A stretch of 57,696 bases of DNA, the filler included, from Sphacelaria rigidula (Eukaryota): NCBI GenBank assembly GCA_964200075.2. It is 7 parts of 7 records of this genome, joined end to end, with 100 filler letters (N's around TTAATTAATTAA, not from the genome) between each part and the next. Parts side by side here need not be neighbours in the genome. Positions count along the whole stretch, not along the records: positions 1 to 8,157 come from CAXNAA020012093.1; positions 8,258 to 16,414 come from CAXNAA020012094.1; 5 more parts are not named here. One strand, written 5' to 3'. Under the pieces are notes generated by a model. It made no database searches and was not told where the DNA came from. It was given only the letters and a program-made list of their open reading frames with translations. The position numbers and the translations under genes were made by a program. Positions 1-12,239 of this stretch are shown piece by piece. How positions within the stretch are numbered: position 1 is the stretch's first letter; each line of letters starts with the position of its first letter.

Positions 1-1383
1 ACGAAAGGAAATGGGCCTGCATTGCGTGGGCATTCCACCCCTGCTTTCGCCCCCGCTAGTAGTAATCCCCCCCCCCCCCACGCTATACAGAGCTGTTCAA
101 GCGGCTACCCAGTTTCCGTTGCGTACTCGTATGCTGTGGTAGCTGCGGTACTGGCACCTCTTTTTTGGGCTGTGCAGATCCTCGCCTGTTGTTCGGGCCA
201 AATGACATTACCATGGCTGCTACAACGGAGAAACTCGGTCGGTGAGGTATGGCTATGGTCCTACAGCAGTGCAGACAGAAGTGCAGTCGGCATGACGCTG
301 TGTTGGGGTGGCTTTGTAGAGACGCGTGGGAACATAGGAACACATGGAGGTTTCAACGAGTACAGTGCACCATTTCAGGTTACAGACAGCAGTACATCAG
401 TGAACATAATATGTGTACCCCCCCGGCCAAACTACGATTTTTCACATTTTTTCGGGTGAAAAATGCTTCTCGCTAATTTTCACATTTGACGGTAAATCAT
501 TGTTGAATTGTTCGTAACAGATAGGGCAAACAAGATATGGGCATAGACTGTACCGCCTGCCCGATAGTGGCAGTGCGATGTAGGGAAGTATAGCGGTGAT
601 GTATCGTGCTGTTGGACTGTCATCTACATATGCAGCACTTGCTTCAGGCAATCATGAAAACACGACGTCGCCTTTTCCGTTCGCAGTTTTGACGTCGTCC
701 TCGCACGCTTGTCACGAGACAGAAGCAAGTAATGTGTTTTCCCACGGGGGGAAACCCTCTAAAGTCCAGCCTGCTGCGGGCGTTGTACGTAAGTACCTCC
801 CAAATGGACCTCTTGGCCGATACTGCTGACTGGATTTCTCCAGTCGCTTGCTGCTGATTTCTATCTTACCCAATGTAGTGTATGGAAGGCTATTGGTTTG
901 ACGAACACGTCGTGTAGCTCTGTTACTCCCACCGTCTGTCGCATGTTTTGAATCGGCATCAAAATTTGAATTTCAGTTGACACAGCAGTACAGTAAACGT
1001 AAGATGCAGTCAGTACCGCGTTGGTCGATGATGGGCGGATGCTCACTTACGGGGTTGAGCGAAGGTAGAACTCAAGGGAAGCTCCCGCTGGACGGTACAT
1101 CCCTAGTGGATGTTTATCCCTGCCATAATTATGTGTCGATAGGGGCAGCAGCGTTTGCAAAATCAGATTGGAGGACAATGAAAAGGGACTGCCTGTCTCT
1201 CACAGATCAACGTCCTGCGGGTGAATCTAGACCTGGTTGTCAGAATAATTGAATCTCTCCATGAATACGTCGTGACTGAAAAAAGAATAGTTGTTTGAAT
1301 ATTTTCGGTGTTTGCTGTTGTAGGGCGTGTCATTCGTACGTCTTCGAGCGAGTCTACTGTTGTGCTTTCTGTGCTATCGTGCA

Positions 1384-1632
1384 CACGTCGGACAGCTCGT
1401 GATCTATTGATAGCTTATTTACGAGCTGTAGCTCACTTGTAGTCAAAATGTGAGCTACTGTTCCCCCAATAGCTCAAAAGTGTGAACATGCGCTAAGATG
1501 ATGAGCTACGGGTTGGTAGCTCACGCAAGAGAAACATGCGTAGCTCATGTATAATAGCTGTAATAGCACAGTATGGAGCTACGCTGGAAAAAAACCTAGC
1601 TTGAGGTCCAGGGAGCTGATCTGTCCGACGTG
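1384..1632. mobile_element. Probable MITE with 12-bp TIR and dense internal AGCT motifs
   Basis: CACGTCGGACAG / CTGTCCGACGTG termini; many TAGCTC/GAGCTA motifs in both orientations. Confidence 0.55.
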
Positions 1633-3599
1633 CGGAGCTTTTCCGTTTTTCTTCCAATCTTGCGTGAAGAACTGTGAACAAGAGTTGAAGCCATATTAGA
1701 ACATGAGAACATAAATTATGTGGACGTACAAGTATCAGATCGGAATTTTTCTTTTCCGCCGCACTTTTTCAAACGTTTTGTTTATCGGGCATACCGTGGA
1801 CCCTAGCCTCTGTGGCTCATCTGAAAACATGCCTGAACTGTCGCGTCTGAAAGTGCAGTGTAGTACAGCATAGTACAGCACAGTTCAATGCAGAACACAA
1901 CGGTACACAGTGTGGTACGGTACGGCGGCACATACAGCACAACATAACTTCCAAACGAAGAAGAGACAAACCGCATGGCAACGATTTTGCAGCAGCATGT
2001 CTTCCACAACGATGAATATTGTTTTCGTGAGATCGAGAGCAGAGGATACGATTGAGAGTGAGAAGCGGTCAATCAGTGAATGATTTCTTCCGTCAAGACA
2101 GGGCTGCTTGTTGATGTGAGCCGCGGATTTTTGAAGGACTCGCTGGCTACAGCCGTCAAAGGCCCGTCTATGGCACACCGAAGACGTTTTCCTCAGTGTT
2201 GATGTTTTTCGCTGTATGTTTACCCCTGGGGGCCGCATTTGCCCTCTTGTGGCAAGCACGCTCATCATCCCCACTGATCAATATTCGATCCAAGTGCGTT
2301 GATCCACATTTCTACCCTTTGCCGTACGTTTGACATGGCACACATAAATGCAACGCCTTTTTTTTTTTTTTCACATGATACTTTTGGCTAAATTTGGGCA
2401 ACATGTGGATATCGTCAGTGGTACATGGAGGGACATGATTTCAACACCCCCACCAAGAGTAACACCCATGGGTGACCCAAAGAGTCATCATCCAGGCGAC
2501 CTGCACGATGTATATCCCACGGTATACTGCTGGTCCGTCGTGATCCACATCGACGAAGGCTCACCCCGATGGCCTACCCGATTCGCACACCCTTTTCCCA
2601 CCACGATACTATGGTGTTTCTGTCGTCCGCTAGGGTGGGTGATGCGGCAAGCCCCGGTGAGACACCCGTTACCAACCACTGCAGTCTCAAACACGGGCCG
2701 GGCCTTCGTGAGCTTGGGCTTCGCCAGAGATGCGACGGTGCGGACGCGCGACTACCCTCGTTCCCTCACGCCACGTCCGTGGGCGGGAGCAAGTGTGCCA
2801 GTTTCGGGTACAGGTGAGTTCCTTCTCTTCACTTTGTGCTGTAGCCAAATACCAAGCCGTAGGTTTCAGTATAATCGCATGCATAATTGAAGCAGGGGCA
2901 AGGGACAGGGGATCCTGGATTGGTGGCCCTTATCTGTGTGGCCGCTTGCTGTCTGGCTCATGATGTGGTCTGTTTCTGGATCACTCCGCAACAAAAACAA
3001 GTGAGAGAAGAACGGACTTGTCGAGCACGAGGCCAGTGCTACTGGAGGAGACCCTCGTGGATAGTCCTCTTGTCCAGATCGTCTGGCAGAGGCTAAAGTA
3101 CGTAGCAAAGTCATTCTCCAGAGGAGTTAATCGGAAGTGTGATGTGTTATACAGCACCTCGAGTTCAAAGTAGGGTATTTGGTCATTTCTTCGTAATAGG
3201 TGATTTTCTCAAGTTTGTTCGTTTGTCACCGCTCACCACATGAGGAATCTGAAGATATTAGTATCTGCTCCACTTTCCAAGAGAGAAAAAAACATGTGGA
3301 TTCAATATTGAGTGACATACCGGCTGACCGGTCATCCAGCGTATTGCCACTTTTCAGTCCGGGATTCTGACTCTTCGATATTTTCGTTCGATCGAGCCTG
3401 TCCCGATCGTTTTTATGGAAAAAATGAACATCCATGTTTTTTTTTATCCTATCTACTCATGACTCTAAAGCCGAAAACTGTGTTTCACGGTCAATAAGAC
3501 AAACCATCACTTGCTCGGGCCTTGTATTTTGAGGACGATCTATTCATTTTACCTGAATTTACCGATGCTAGCACTTTCGAGTTCCATCGAAGAGTGTTG

Positions 3600-3887
3600 A
3601 TGTGTGTGTTGTGTGCCGCATGTCATCTGTTCTGGACGACGGTCTACACCGTTCGGTATATATGGGCGCATCAGGCAGGGTCGCACAGGAGGACTGCCAA
3701 CACAGGAGTTTTTTTTTTTACTTATTTTTATACTCCACTTCCCTTCTGCGGTGCTTGCCCCTTTTTTTCTCGCGGGAGGAGTCCAGCAATCCCTTTCCTT
3801 CGTCGACCATTAAGCCGAATTTTGTGTACCCCCACCATCCTCTCCACTGTTGGGTATTGTGTGAGAAAAAATCCCAGATCGCTCCCG
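3600..3887 (-). mobile_element. SINE family 1, head-less copy in tandem with 3888-4242
   Basis: Colinear diverged duplicate of the body of the adjacent copy. Confidence 0.8.
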
Positions 3888-4242
3888 AGTGTTGTGTGTC
3901 GTCATCCCATCTATTCTGGACGCCGGTCTACACCGTTCGGTATATATGGGCGCACCAGCCAGGGTCGCACAGGAGGAATGCCAACACAGGAGTTTTTTTC
4001 TTTTTCATTTGTTATTGTTCTCCACCTTCCTTCTCCGGTGCTTGCCTCTTTTTTCATCGCGAGAGGACTCCAGCAGTCCCTTTCCCTCCTCGACCGTTAA
4101 GTCGAATTTTGTGTACCCCCAACATCCTCTCCACTGTTGGGCATTGTGTGAGAAAAAATCCCAGATCGCTCTCGAGATTGGAACCCACGACCCAACTGTC
4201 AACATATTTCGAGGTTATCAATTGAGCCACCGGGGCGACCGG
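3888..4242 (-). mobile_element. tRNA-derived SINE family 1, full-length copy
   Basis: Head CCGGTCGCCCCGGTGGCTCAATTG (A box)..GGTTCCAATC (B box); body shared with copies at 3600, 11279, 24458 and 39005; (CA)-type tail. Confidence 0.85.
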
Positions 4243-5867
4243 TGCAGCAGTATGCGAGAAAAAGGCCAAAATAACCCCAAATTCTTTGAACTAGGTACTA
4301 CTCGTACATAATATATTCAACACCTTCTGGTGTTCGGATATTTCTTTGGGCAATGGCCCAGAAATGTATACCTTTACGCCTTTTGCTCACGAAAGGTAGG
4401 AAAACCGACCAGAAACGCCGAACCAGCAAAACACACGACCTGGACCGATTTCGCTCTAAATTTTTCACGCATATCAATCGGGGGGCTCCTCGGCACCCGG
4501 GCCTCGGGAAAAAAAAAACAGAAGAAAACATGTTACTAGCGAGATACGGCCATGCTCAAAAGGACGTCTTGCCTCCAGAAACCACTTCCCCTTTCTAGGC
4601 CAACTTTCGGCCGGGTATCCTGATCTAGGAATGATTTTCCACTCGTACCTTATCTGGGCCACCAGACGGCCCAAAAGGTACCTATCCTGGGCCATCGCTT
4701 CCCGCACTGTACCTGATGTGGCATAGTGTGCGCCAGGACCTCCACGCGCCAACTTCAACCATCGCGCCCACGCATTTGGCTATTTTCCCGCCCATTTGCC
4801 GTTCACGAACGCCACAACGACCACACCCATTTCTCCCCGGACATGGTTCCCTAGTCTCTCCACATCGACACAAGAACTGGACTCACAACTCACAGCGCGT
4901 CGATCTCTAGTGCTTGCGGAGTGTTTCCGTAACATCGTGCCGTTGCGATCTGGGGCTGGTGTCAGCGCCAAGCTATGAATGGGCTCTTCCGTCACCAACG
5001 GGCGGTTATCACACCATCGATGGTTGGTGAACCGTCACGCATATCTAAATAGGGACAGTACAGTGACAATGTTCAGGCCCGAATAGCAACATGCGCCCAA
5101 CAGAAACGCACACGCAACCTATCACATCTATCTTGATCGTGCGCGACAATAATCACCAACGACGAGCGAGAAGTTCAGAAGGTGTCCCCTCAGCTCCATA
5201 TCTGGAGTCGGGGCGTCTGATGGGCCTCCTCGTTTGAAGACGGCGAAGGTGTGGTGCCAGGCAATGTATGCGCCTCGAGACCAACTCTTACCAAGCCTCG
5301 CATGTCCTTATTTCAGGTAGATTGTGCTATATTTAGTTGGTCGTTATCCAGAGGTCGGATTTTGATTCCCTGAACGTACACATACTGAACGAACACATAC
5401 CTACATTTTTTTTTTTCGCGTTTCCGGGAGGGTGGCATAGTTTGATAGGGATGCACACATATATTTATGAGGTTGGAATTGTCAGGAGCCCTTCATCTCG
5501 TCCAAAACACGACGTATGGAATATGTGAGAGTACGCCAAGGTTACTATTCCGATGTCCCAGGAATACGCCGAATGAATTTGCAAGCGGGGATGCCCTGAC
5601 CCATATTCTTGTGCATCTAAAATCGTTAGGAGCCTCTGAATCAGACAAGATTTTGCGCAAAAAGTGCATCCTTACCGTAGCATTGCTCCGTACCTTTTAG
5701 TTTCGGCACATCCAAAATGTTGTTGAAGCCCGAATTTGGCAAGAGGCAGGGGGGCAATATTGATTCGAGTGATTCGGCTGCCTTACGTGGTCAGGATTCT
5801 GAAAATGAACTTTGGCTCACGTCTTGAAAGCATGTTCCTGGAGTAGAGGGCAAGGATTCAAGGATTT

Positions 5868-6170
5868 ACACTGATTGGATTTTGATTGATTTGGTTGTCG
5901 CAGTTCAACTGACCACCCATGGGTCCAGCCGTGGTCGCATGATGAACTGAAGCACTTGCGCAAGAAAAGAAGGAATATAAAAAAAGTCGAACAGAACGAC
6001 ATGGTATAGGCTAAGACGTGCAAAAAAAGGGAGAAGAGAAATATCAACAAAAGCAGAGCACAGGAAGAGATGGCTAACCTGAAAAAAAAATGGAATAAAA
6101 TAATTGAAAAGGAAAAAGCATGCCCAAGGGACTCAGGGCAGCAGAGTAAACACTGTCTTCAAGATTTTGT
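5868..6170 (-). mobile_element. 5'-truncated LINE 3' end
   Basis: Minus strand CATCATGCGACCACGGCTGGAC..TCAGTTGAAC..CAAATCAATCAAAATCCAATC matches the LINE tail at 48435-48497, preceded by a pyrimidine-rich UTR. Confidence 0.65.
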
Positions 6171-6216
6171 TACGAGTTGATCGCGAGTCGGAATGGTCGG
6201 TCTGATGCAATTAAAA

Positions 6217-6775
6217 CACTACAGTAGTGGGCGGTCTAAGTATCTAGGGATGTTTTGGCCATTTCCTCGCGTACTACTCTTCGATTGAACTCGAAATTGC
6301 TAGCGTCGGTAGATTTTGGTACGAGAAATAGATCATCCTCGAAACACTGTGCCCGTATCAGTGTCAGTTGGTGTTATCGGGCGAAACAAGTAAATTCCCC
6401 GTTTATCAGGAGGGTGTTATTGACCGTAAAATTCGGCTTTTCGGCCCTAGTGCAATGAGTAGGCAGGGTTTCTAAAAAATATAACTGTACATTTCTTCAC
6501 AAATATGATCGAGATAGGCTCGATCGACCGAAAATACATAAGAGTGAGAATCTGGGCTGAAACGTGGCAGGACCCCCGGTAACCGGTCATCCCGTAAGTC
6601 ACTCAATATTGAATGTAGATGCTTTTTTTCTCGGAATGTGGAGCGGGTACAAATATCTTCAGATCCCCGATGTGATGAGCGGTGGCAAGCAAAAAGAGCC
6701 CGAAAAAATCGCCAATTACGAAAAAAATCACAAAACGCCACAAGATGATTAGTTAGATAGCCCACTACTGTAGTG
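6217..6775. mobile_element. Non-autonomous CACTA (En/Spm)-type element, 559 bp
   Basis: Perfect 16-bp TIR CACTACAGTAGTGGGC / GCCCACTACTGTAGTG; interior homologous to 3150-4305 and 16515-17320; no clean TSD. Confidence 0.8.
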
Positions 6776-6999
6776 AGGCGACTGAGGAGTCTCCTCGAAA
6801 CCTCGCCGCGCCCGCGCCCGACAGGGGAGCTGTAGGAAAGGGTGAGTTCACCCATCCACTTGTTGATATGCGTTGGAAATCTCCTGCGGCTATGGAGCGC
6901 CTTGCAGAAGCCTTCAAACTGTTTTTTTCATCAGTGATTTCTGGGGGCATTACTCATATGCATTTTTTCTCTTCAAAACCAAAAGAGCGGGTAGGAGGT

Positions 7000-7367
7000 G
7001 GTGCCTAAACCGCGAGAAGAAGTAAGTCTCGCTTTTCCAAAACGTGTCTTCGATAATTTCTTGTTTAATCTATTTCCCGAGTGTTGCAACAATATACGGA
7101 ATCTTGCCGGCCATTTTTTTTTCTTCTGTTTTTGTCTTCGTTTTATATTTATTTTATTTTATTTTATTTTCCTTACTCTACTCTGTCTGTTCTAACATTT
7201 CTGTCTTTTCTTCTCTTTTCTTCGGCAAATGTTCCATTTTGTTTTTTTCGCGGGTACGTCTATCATATTATGTGACCACGGCTGGATCTCTGGGGCATCA
7301 GTTGAAGTACGACGATTGAATTAAAATAATCAAATAGAATAGAATAGAATAGAATAGAATAGAATAG
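7000..7367 (+). mobile_element. 5'-truncated LINE 3' end with (AATAG)n tail
   Basis: CGGGTACGTCTATCATATTATGTGACCACGGCTGGATCT..TCAGTTGAAG followed by (AATAG) repeats at 7333-7367. Confidence 0.65.
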
Positions 7368-7379
7368 GAAAAAAAACTT

Positions 7380-7612
7380 ACATTCCGTGTTATTTTCCCT
7401 AATCCTCTCGTTTTTCCTTTCCCCCCCCATTTGCAATGTTGCTCTGTTTTCTTCATCATCTTCATCTTTCCCCCTCTCTTGTGAGTAAAATGAGTACACC
7501 CCCCCCCCCCTCTTGAGAGTCCTTTAGCAAGTGTTCCCTTACATTCGCCCAAGATACGGATGTCCATCTAGTGACCACGGCGGGATTAGTCTCAAATAAG
7601 TCAATGTGCAAC
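7380..7612 (+). mobile_element. Second related LINE 3' end
   Basis: T/C-rich UTR then CATCTAGTGACCACGGCGGGATT..AGTCAATGTGC. Confidence 0.45.
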
Positions 7613-8157
7613 GGAGTCATTTTTCGGTACGGATGCACATTTTTTTAGTTCCAAAAGTTTCCTGAGTCCGCGCGTACACTGAGGCACAGATGTTTGTCAT
7701 TGAGAGGCTCCTCAAGTGCGGAAGCCTCAGCAAAATAATGATTGTGCACCCATACCGTACAACCACTCAACATTTCAGTGAACCTCGCAACGTCGACCAT
7801 GCAAACGGGGAAAAAAGGGGTACGGTGCTTACTCCCTGTGAGTATTGAAGGCCGGTAGCTGGTTCAAAGGGGCGAGCCCTGGCTGTCGCCTGCAAGCAGT
7901 CGCTGGGGCAGAGGTCTTGGGACATTTCTCGGCCCCGATTGCTGAATGGTGAAAGATCGGGGGTCCCTGTTCTCGAGCGTAGATCCACGTTCGCGTCAAT
8001 GTTATGGTTTTCCCTGAACATACCCCCAACGTTATACTCAAAACTGAAACGATACCCTTGCCCCCTCCCTCCCTCAACGAGACGTGCTAGAGGGGGGAAT
8101 GCCGGACGTGAACGGAGGTGGCGAGCAATGCTACGGTAGGAGTGCACTTTTTTCGCG

Positions 8158-8257
8158 NNNNNNNNNNNNNNNNNNNNNNNNNNNNNNNNNNNNNNNNNNN
8201 NTTAATTAATTAANNNNNNNNNNNNNNNNNNNNNNNNNNNNNNNNNNNNNNNNNNNN
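8158..8257. other. Artificial contig linker (also 16415-16514, 24672-24771, 32929-33028, 41185-41284, 49441-49540)
   Basis: 44 N + TTAATTAATTAA (stops in all six frames) + 44 N, recurring every 8256-8257 nt. Confidence 0.98.
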
Positions 8258-9035
8258 GCGCGGTCGACTCCTATGCTCTTGAAGAAATGGGAATTGCTTG
8301 TGATAGCCCTCGAGCTGTTTGCAAGAGAGTAACGGGTGAAAACAAACGTTGTGATTGGCTCACCGTTTGTGTTCGCTGCTCCGCGGCGACAAAGGGGGGT
8401 CCATGGGAGAACGCCGGGAAGAAGAAACTCCGATGCTTCCGAATTCCTTCGAGTTAGCCATACCTGGGCTGACATTTCCATTTCAGACAAATATTTTGGG
8501 GTGAAAATGGGGGGAAATGGGGGGGGGGATAGTCTGCTTTGGGTGTTACGCCTGTTGCCAACCGAATGAGTTTGGAATGGGTTGTTTTTCTCGCGCTGTG
8601 GAACGGTCGTTGTAGATATTGGTGAAGCATGGATGTCGAGCACGCATCATCGGGATATTGTTCTTTGCGGTGGGTGGCCGTTCTTGGTCTCTAACCACGC
8701 GTGCATCTGACCTGAGCGACGGCATATCACTTTATGTATCCACTGCATGCGTTATACTCAAGTGCATCCATCGAGCTGATGCGAAGAGGTAATAGTAGTA
8801 GAAGGAGTAATATAATAGCAGTAGGAACATCAGCATCTAGCACCTGACCATTCCCCGGTCTACCGATGCACAACAGCAAGATGCTCAACTATTCGCAAAC
8901 GACAATGCTACCAGATGCTCCCTGTGTACTCCTCATACTGGAAAGTACCTTGGTGTGGGTGACATATTGTTCTTTTTCTCTGAGCACAACCGTGAACTCT
9001 TCCCGGGGTTTCGGTGGATGATCTGTTATTACTGT

Positions 9036-9270
9036 TGCAATGCGTAGGAGGATCGCGTGCTTTTGGGGCCGCATCGTAGTTCAGAACACCCCAGGATCGA
9101 CTCCGATGCTTCCGAATTCCTTCGAGTTGGCGTTTCTCAAGACCAACCGGACCAATCCCTGCAGGGACCACGCCCCTGACCCTAACCCCAACATTAACCC
9201 CAACCCTACAGATAGGGATGTTTAAACTTCGATGCGCTCCAAAAAGCACACAGTCCTCTCACGCATTACA
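9036..9270 (+). mobile_element. MITE with internal telomere-like (CCCTAA) repeats, copy 1
   Basis: About 30-bp imperfect TIRs; CCCTGACCCTAACCCCAACATTAACCCCAACCCTA at about 9175-9207; homologous to 19848-20052. Confidence 0.78.
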
Positions 9271-11278
9271 ATTATTCTCGTTCGAAAAATGACGAAATAA
9301 GACCTAGATGATGCCCCCTCGTGCGGATCAAGAGCTCACCTTGATTCTACCTATGGGAAAACCGTGCGACCAACGCCAAATATATCTGTGGTATAGAAGA
9401 GCTGGATTCCCACGCGAGGGCGCTAGTGTGTTTGTGAGGGACACGAGCTCCCCGTTAAAGTTGGACATGTCCTAAGAGAGACTGAAGCATCCCAACAGAT
9501 AACGGCAAGTCAGCATCAGAGGCGAGAGAGGCGCCACGCTCTAGTCGTGGTAAAGCACATCACTCTCGCCTTCTTGGGGTCGGCTACTGTTGTTAGGTAA
9601 ACTCCCGCGGCTTGCGCGCTTTCCAGAAAATGACAGTACTAGCGGAGTGACCTCACTCCAGGGCACGAATGAGGCAATACCACAGTACTACAGGATAATA
9701 CGATACATGCATTACCCATTTCTATTGTGTACAGTGCAGTCGTCTTGACACCGGACTCGCGTGGAATCGCCAGGTCGCCCGCCACTGTACTGAGCAAGCG
9801 GGAAGCACGGCGGCTGAAAAACTCACGTATACGTTCCTGGCCCAACGTACTCATTGGTGCCATCTTTCACGTGCCGCACGGTGTCTCCAACGACGATATG
9901 CGCTTCGAACCTCTCGGCATCATCAAAGAGAGCGGACATTCTTACGCCGGCGACCAACCAGCTCCACTCTCCACCCGACCGACGTCGATATCCCGATGTC
10001 GAAAATACTCCGCAAGCACAGACAGCAGTTGTGTCCCCGCGGACACGTCCAGTAGCTCAACTGCGAATGACAGTGGTAGGAAGCGTAGTCAATTTTCACT
10101 TCGAAGTGGGCCACTCGACCAACAAGTCGACTGGTGGAGTTGTTGGCTGTCAGCGTGGGCTGCCCGTACCTCGTCGTTCGAGGACGCGCGAACCGCAACA
10201 ATGAATGCGGTGGAACGTGGTAATTACGCCGCATTCTGGTTCAACCAGCGGTTGAACGTTGGGTTGGTTCAACACTTGTTGCAAAATCAACGTCCAAATT
10301 CATCTTCTTCAGTACTGGACAGGATAGTGCAGTACAAAATAGCACATTGCTCGGGCTTCACTGATGTGTCTATGCTCGGTTGGTGGGCGTTGTAAGCTCC
10401 ACGGGATGAAGCTGCTGTGCGTATAGGTCATATCGCCCTCTCAACATCGTTACGTGAAAAATCGCGATTGCAAATTTGCAACCTTCGTCATAATATCCTG
10501 AAGTACAAGACAGGACATTGAGTACAACCGCAGAGTTCCAATTGATCGGACTGACCACGGGGTCCATAGTCGATACAGTATATAGTATACAGATGCTGTG
10601 CTGTAAATATTGAGAATACCACTGTTGTTGTGCGTGCAGAGTCCCGCCCTCTCGACATAGCTAGAGAACAAAAATTACGGCGCAAGGCAGTGATTATCAG
10701 GTTTGTGAACTGGCGGCTCCGGTCAGTTACGTTTAAACTGACCATGCCAGCGGCCGCTTAATCAATTTGTAGTTAGTTCTGGTTAGTCGCCAATTTACTG
10801 GCAAAACATCCACCGAGAGCGGCGAAGCCGTGGACTCTAATCCCCCAACAGATGAGGGAGCTCCGCGGGAGCTCCACCGCAGGCAAAGAACCTTGCGATA
10901 TTTGGCCTGCTTTCCTTTCAAAACTCCTGGCTTATTGTAAGAAATGTGCGCCATCACATGGAGAAGCGAAGAGACTTGAGATGGCATTAAAATCTCGTTC
11001 GATGTGGTGAGCGATTCGAAAACCGCCACATATCTGTGATATGCAGCATAAGAGACTCGCCATGACAAGTGGGGGATGGGAGCAAGAAAGCCTAGGCTGG
11101 CAACAGGTGGGGATAAGAGTACATTTTTTTTCAATGTCCAGACAGAAAAACACACATGAAGTTGAATAGCAGGCCACGGCGTACTCATCATTTTCCGGGT
11201 AGCGGGTGTTATGTCTGTTTTCGGATGTCGCGCAATGGAACGACGAGCCTTGGCATATGTCCACTTTGTCGCTTTAAG

Positions 11279-11913
11279 CCGGTCGCCCCGGTGGCTTAGT
11301 TGGTAACCCCGAATCTTGTGACGGTTGGGTCGTGGGTTCGAATCTCGGGGCGATCTGGGATTTTTCTCACACAATGCTCAACAGTGGAGAGCAACTATGT
11401 CGTGTACACAAATTTCGACTCGGGTCCATTATCGACACCATTTTTTCAGAGACCCACTCAGAATTTTTCAGAGTTTTCGGACTCTGCGCTCAGACTCCTC
11501 CGAGAATGAAGCTGGGCGATTTTTTCTCCGGAGCTTCATTTTTGGAGAAGTTCGAAAAGCTCGAACTGCACTGCAGCACTTCGGAGGGCTGCCCAGTGAA
11601 TACGCCGTGGCGGTCGCAAGCATTCGAGAGCCACGAGGTACCTTGCCAGTTCCGGCAATGTCGGAGGTCTCCGAAAAAATTGCGTCGATAATAATGGGCC
11701 TTAACGATCGACGAGGGAAAGGGACTGCTGAATCCTTCTCGCGATAAAAAATAAAGGCAAGCACCGCAGAAGGAAGGTGGACAACTAGAAAAAAATGAAA
11801 ACTAAAAGCTCCTGTGTTGGTCTTCCTCCTGTATGACCCCGGCTGGTGCGCCCATACCGAAAGTTATGGACCGGCGTCTAGAATAATTAATGGGATGGCG
11901 ATACGCACACACG

Positions 11914-11946
<33 letters not shown>
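11279..11946 (+). mobile_element. SINE family 1 copy interrupted by a MITE; (CA)n tail
   Basis: A box TGGCTTAGTTGG, B box GGTTCGAATC; body resumes at 11701; CA repeat at about 11906-11946. Confidence 0.88.
11422..11700. mobile_element. 279-bp MITE (PIF/Harbinger-like) inserted in the SINE
   Basis: About 35-bp imperfect TIRs GGGTCCATTATCGACACCATTTTTTCAGAGACC / GGTCTCCGAAAAAATTGCGTCGATAATAATGGGCC; sits at the CTTAAC site that is uninterrupted in other copies. Confidence 0.8.
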
Positions 11947-11947
<1 letters not shown>

Positions 11948-12239
11948 TCTTGGAGGTGTGGTGAACATGTACTTCATCATGTTTAGAACATTTCTTTGCT
12001 ATGCAATTGGCGATTTGGTATAAGTGTTTGGCAGTTCCGCATTATATATCCCACCTTATACGGAGTATATGTCACGCTTCTCCTCTCATTTTCCATTCCT
12101 AATTTTTCTCATTCGACTGACCAGCCGTCGATCTACCCGCCGTGGTATACAAACGACAAGAAAAACGCAGAACCAACAAGCACCACGAGGCAGACGGGAC
12201 GAAAACAGGAAGAGAGCACCTGTTGTAGCCAGCTATGAC

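Larger units (their letters stand above)
3150..4305. mobile_element. Older CACTA-family copy with two SINE-1 copies nested inside
   Basis: 3175-3597 aligns to the reverse complement of 6275-6740; alignment resumes at 4245-4300 after the SINEs. Confidence 0.65.

Noticed and set aside
22-459. 145-aa ORF as a gene
   Set aside because: Non-ATG start and no recognisable motif; it may contain an exon but this cannot be supported.
3522-4311. Overlapping 140-207 aa ORFs
   Set aside because: They lie within or almost entirely within tandem SINE copies.
3170-6740. Single 3.6-kb Mutator-like element with long TIRs
   Set aside because: The right arm has its own CACTA TIRs (6217-6775) and the left copy continues past the SINEs, so these are two separate inverted copies.
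8202-8213. TTAATTAATTAA palindrome as a regulatory or recombination site
   Set aside because: It is centred in N-runs at fixed spacing; an artificial linker.
11279-11352. tRNA gene (also 4170-4242, 39290-39360, 12478-12547)
   Set aside because: A and B boxes are present but there is no convincing cloverleaf, and each runs into a conserved multi-copy body and tail: these are SINE heads.
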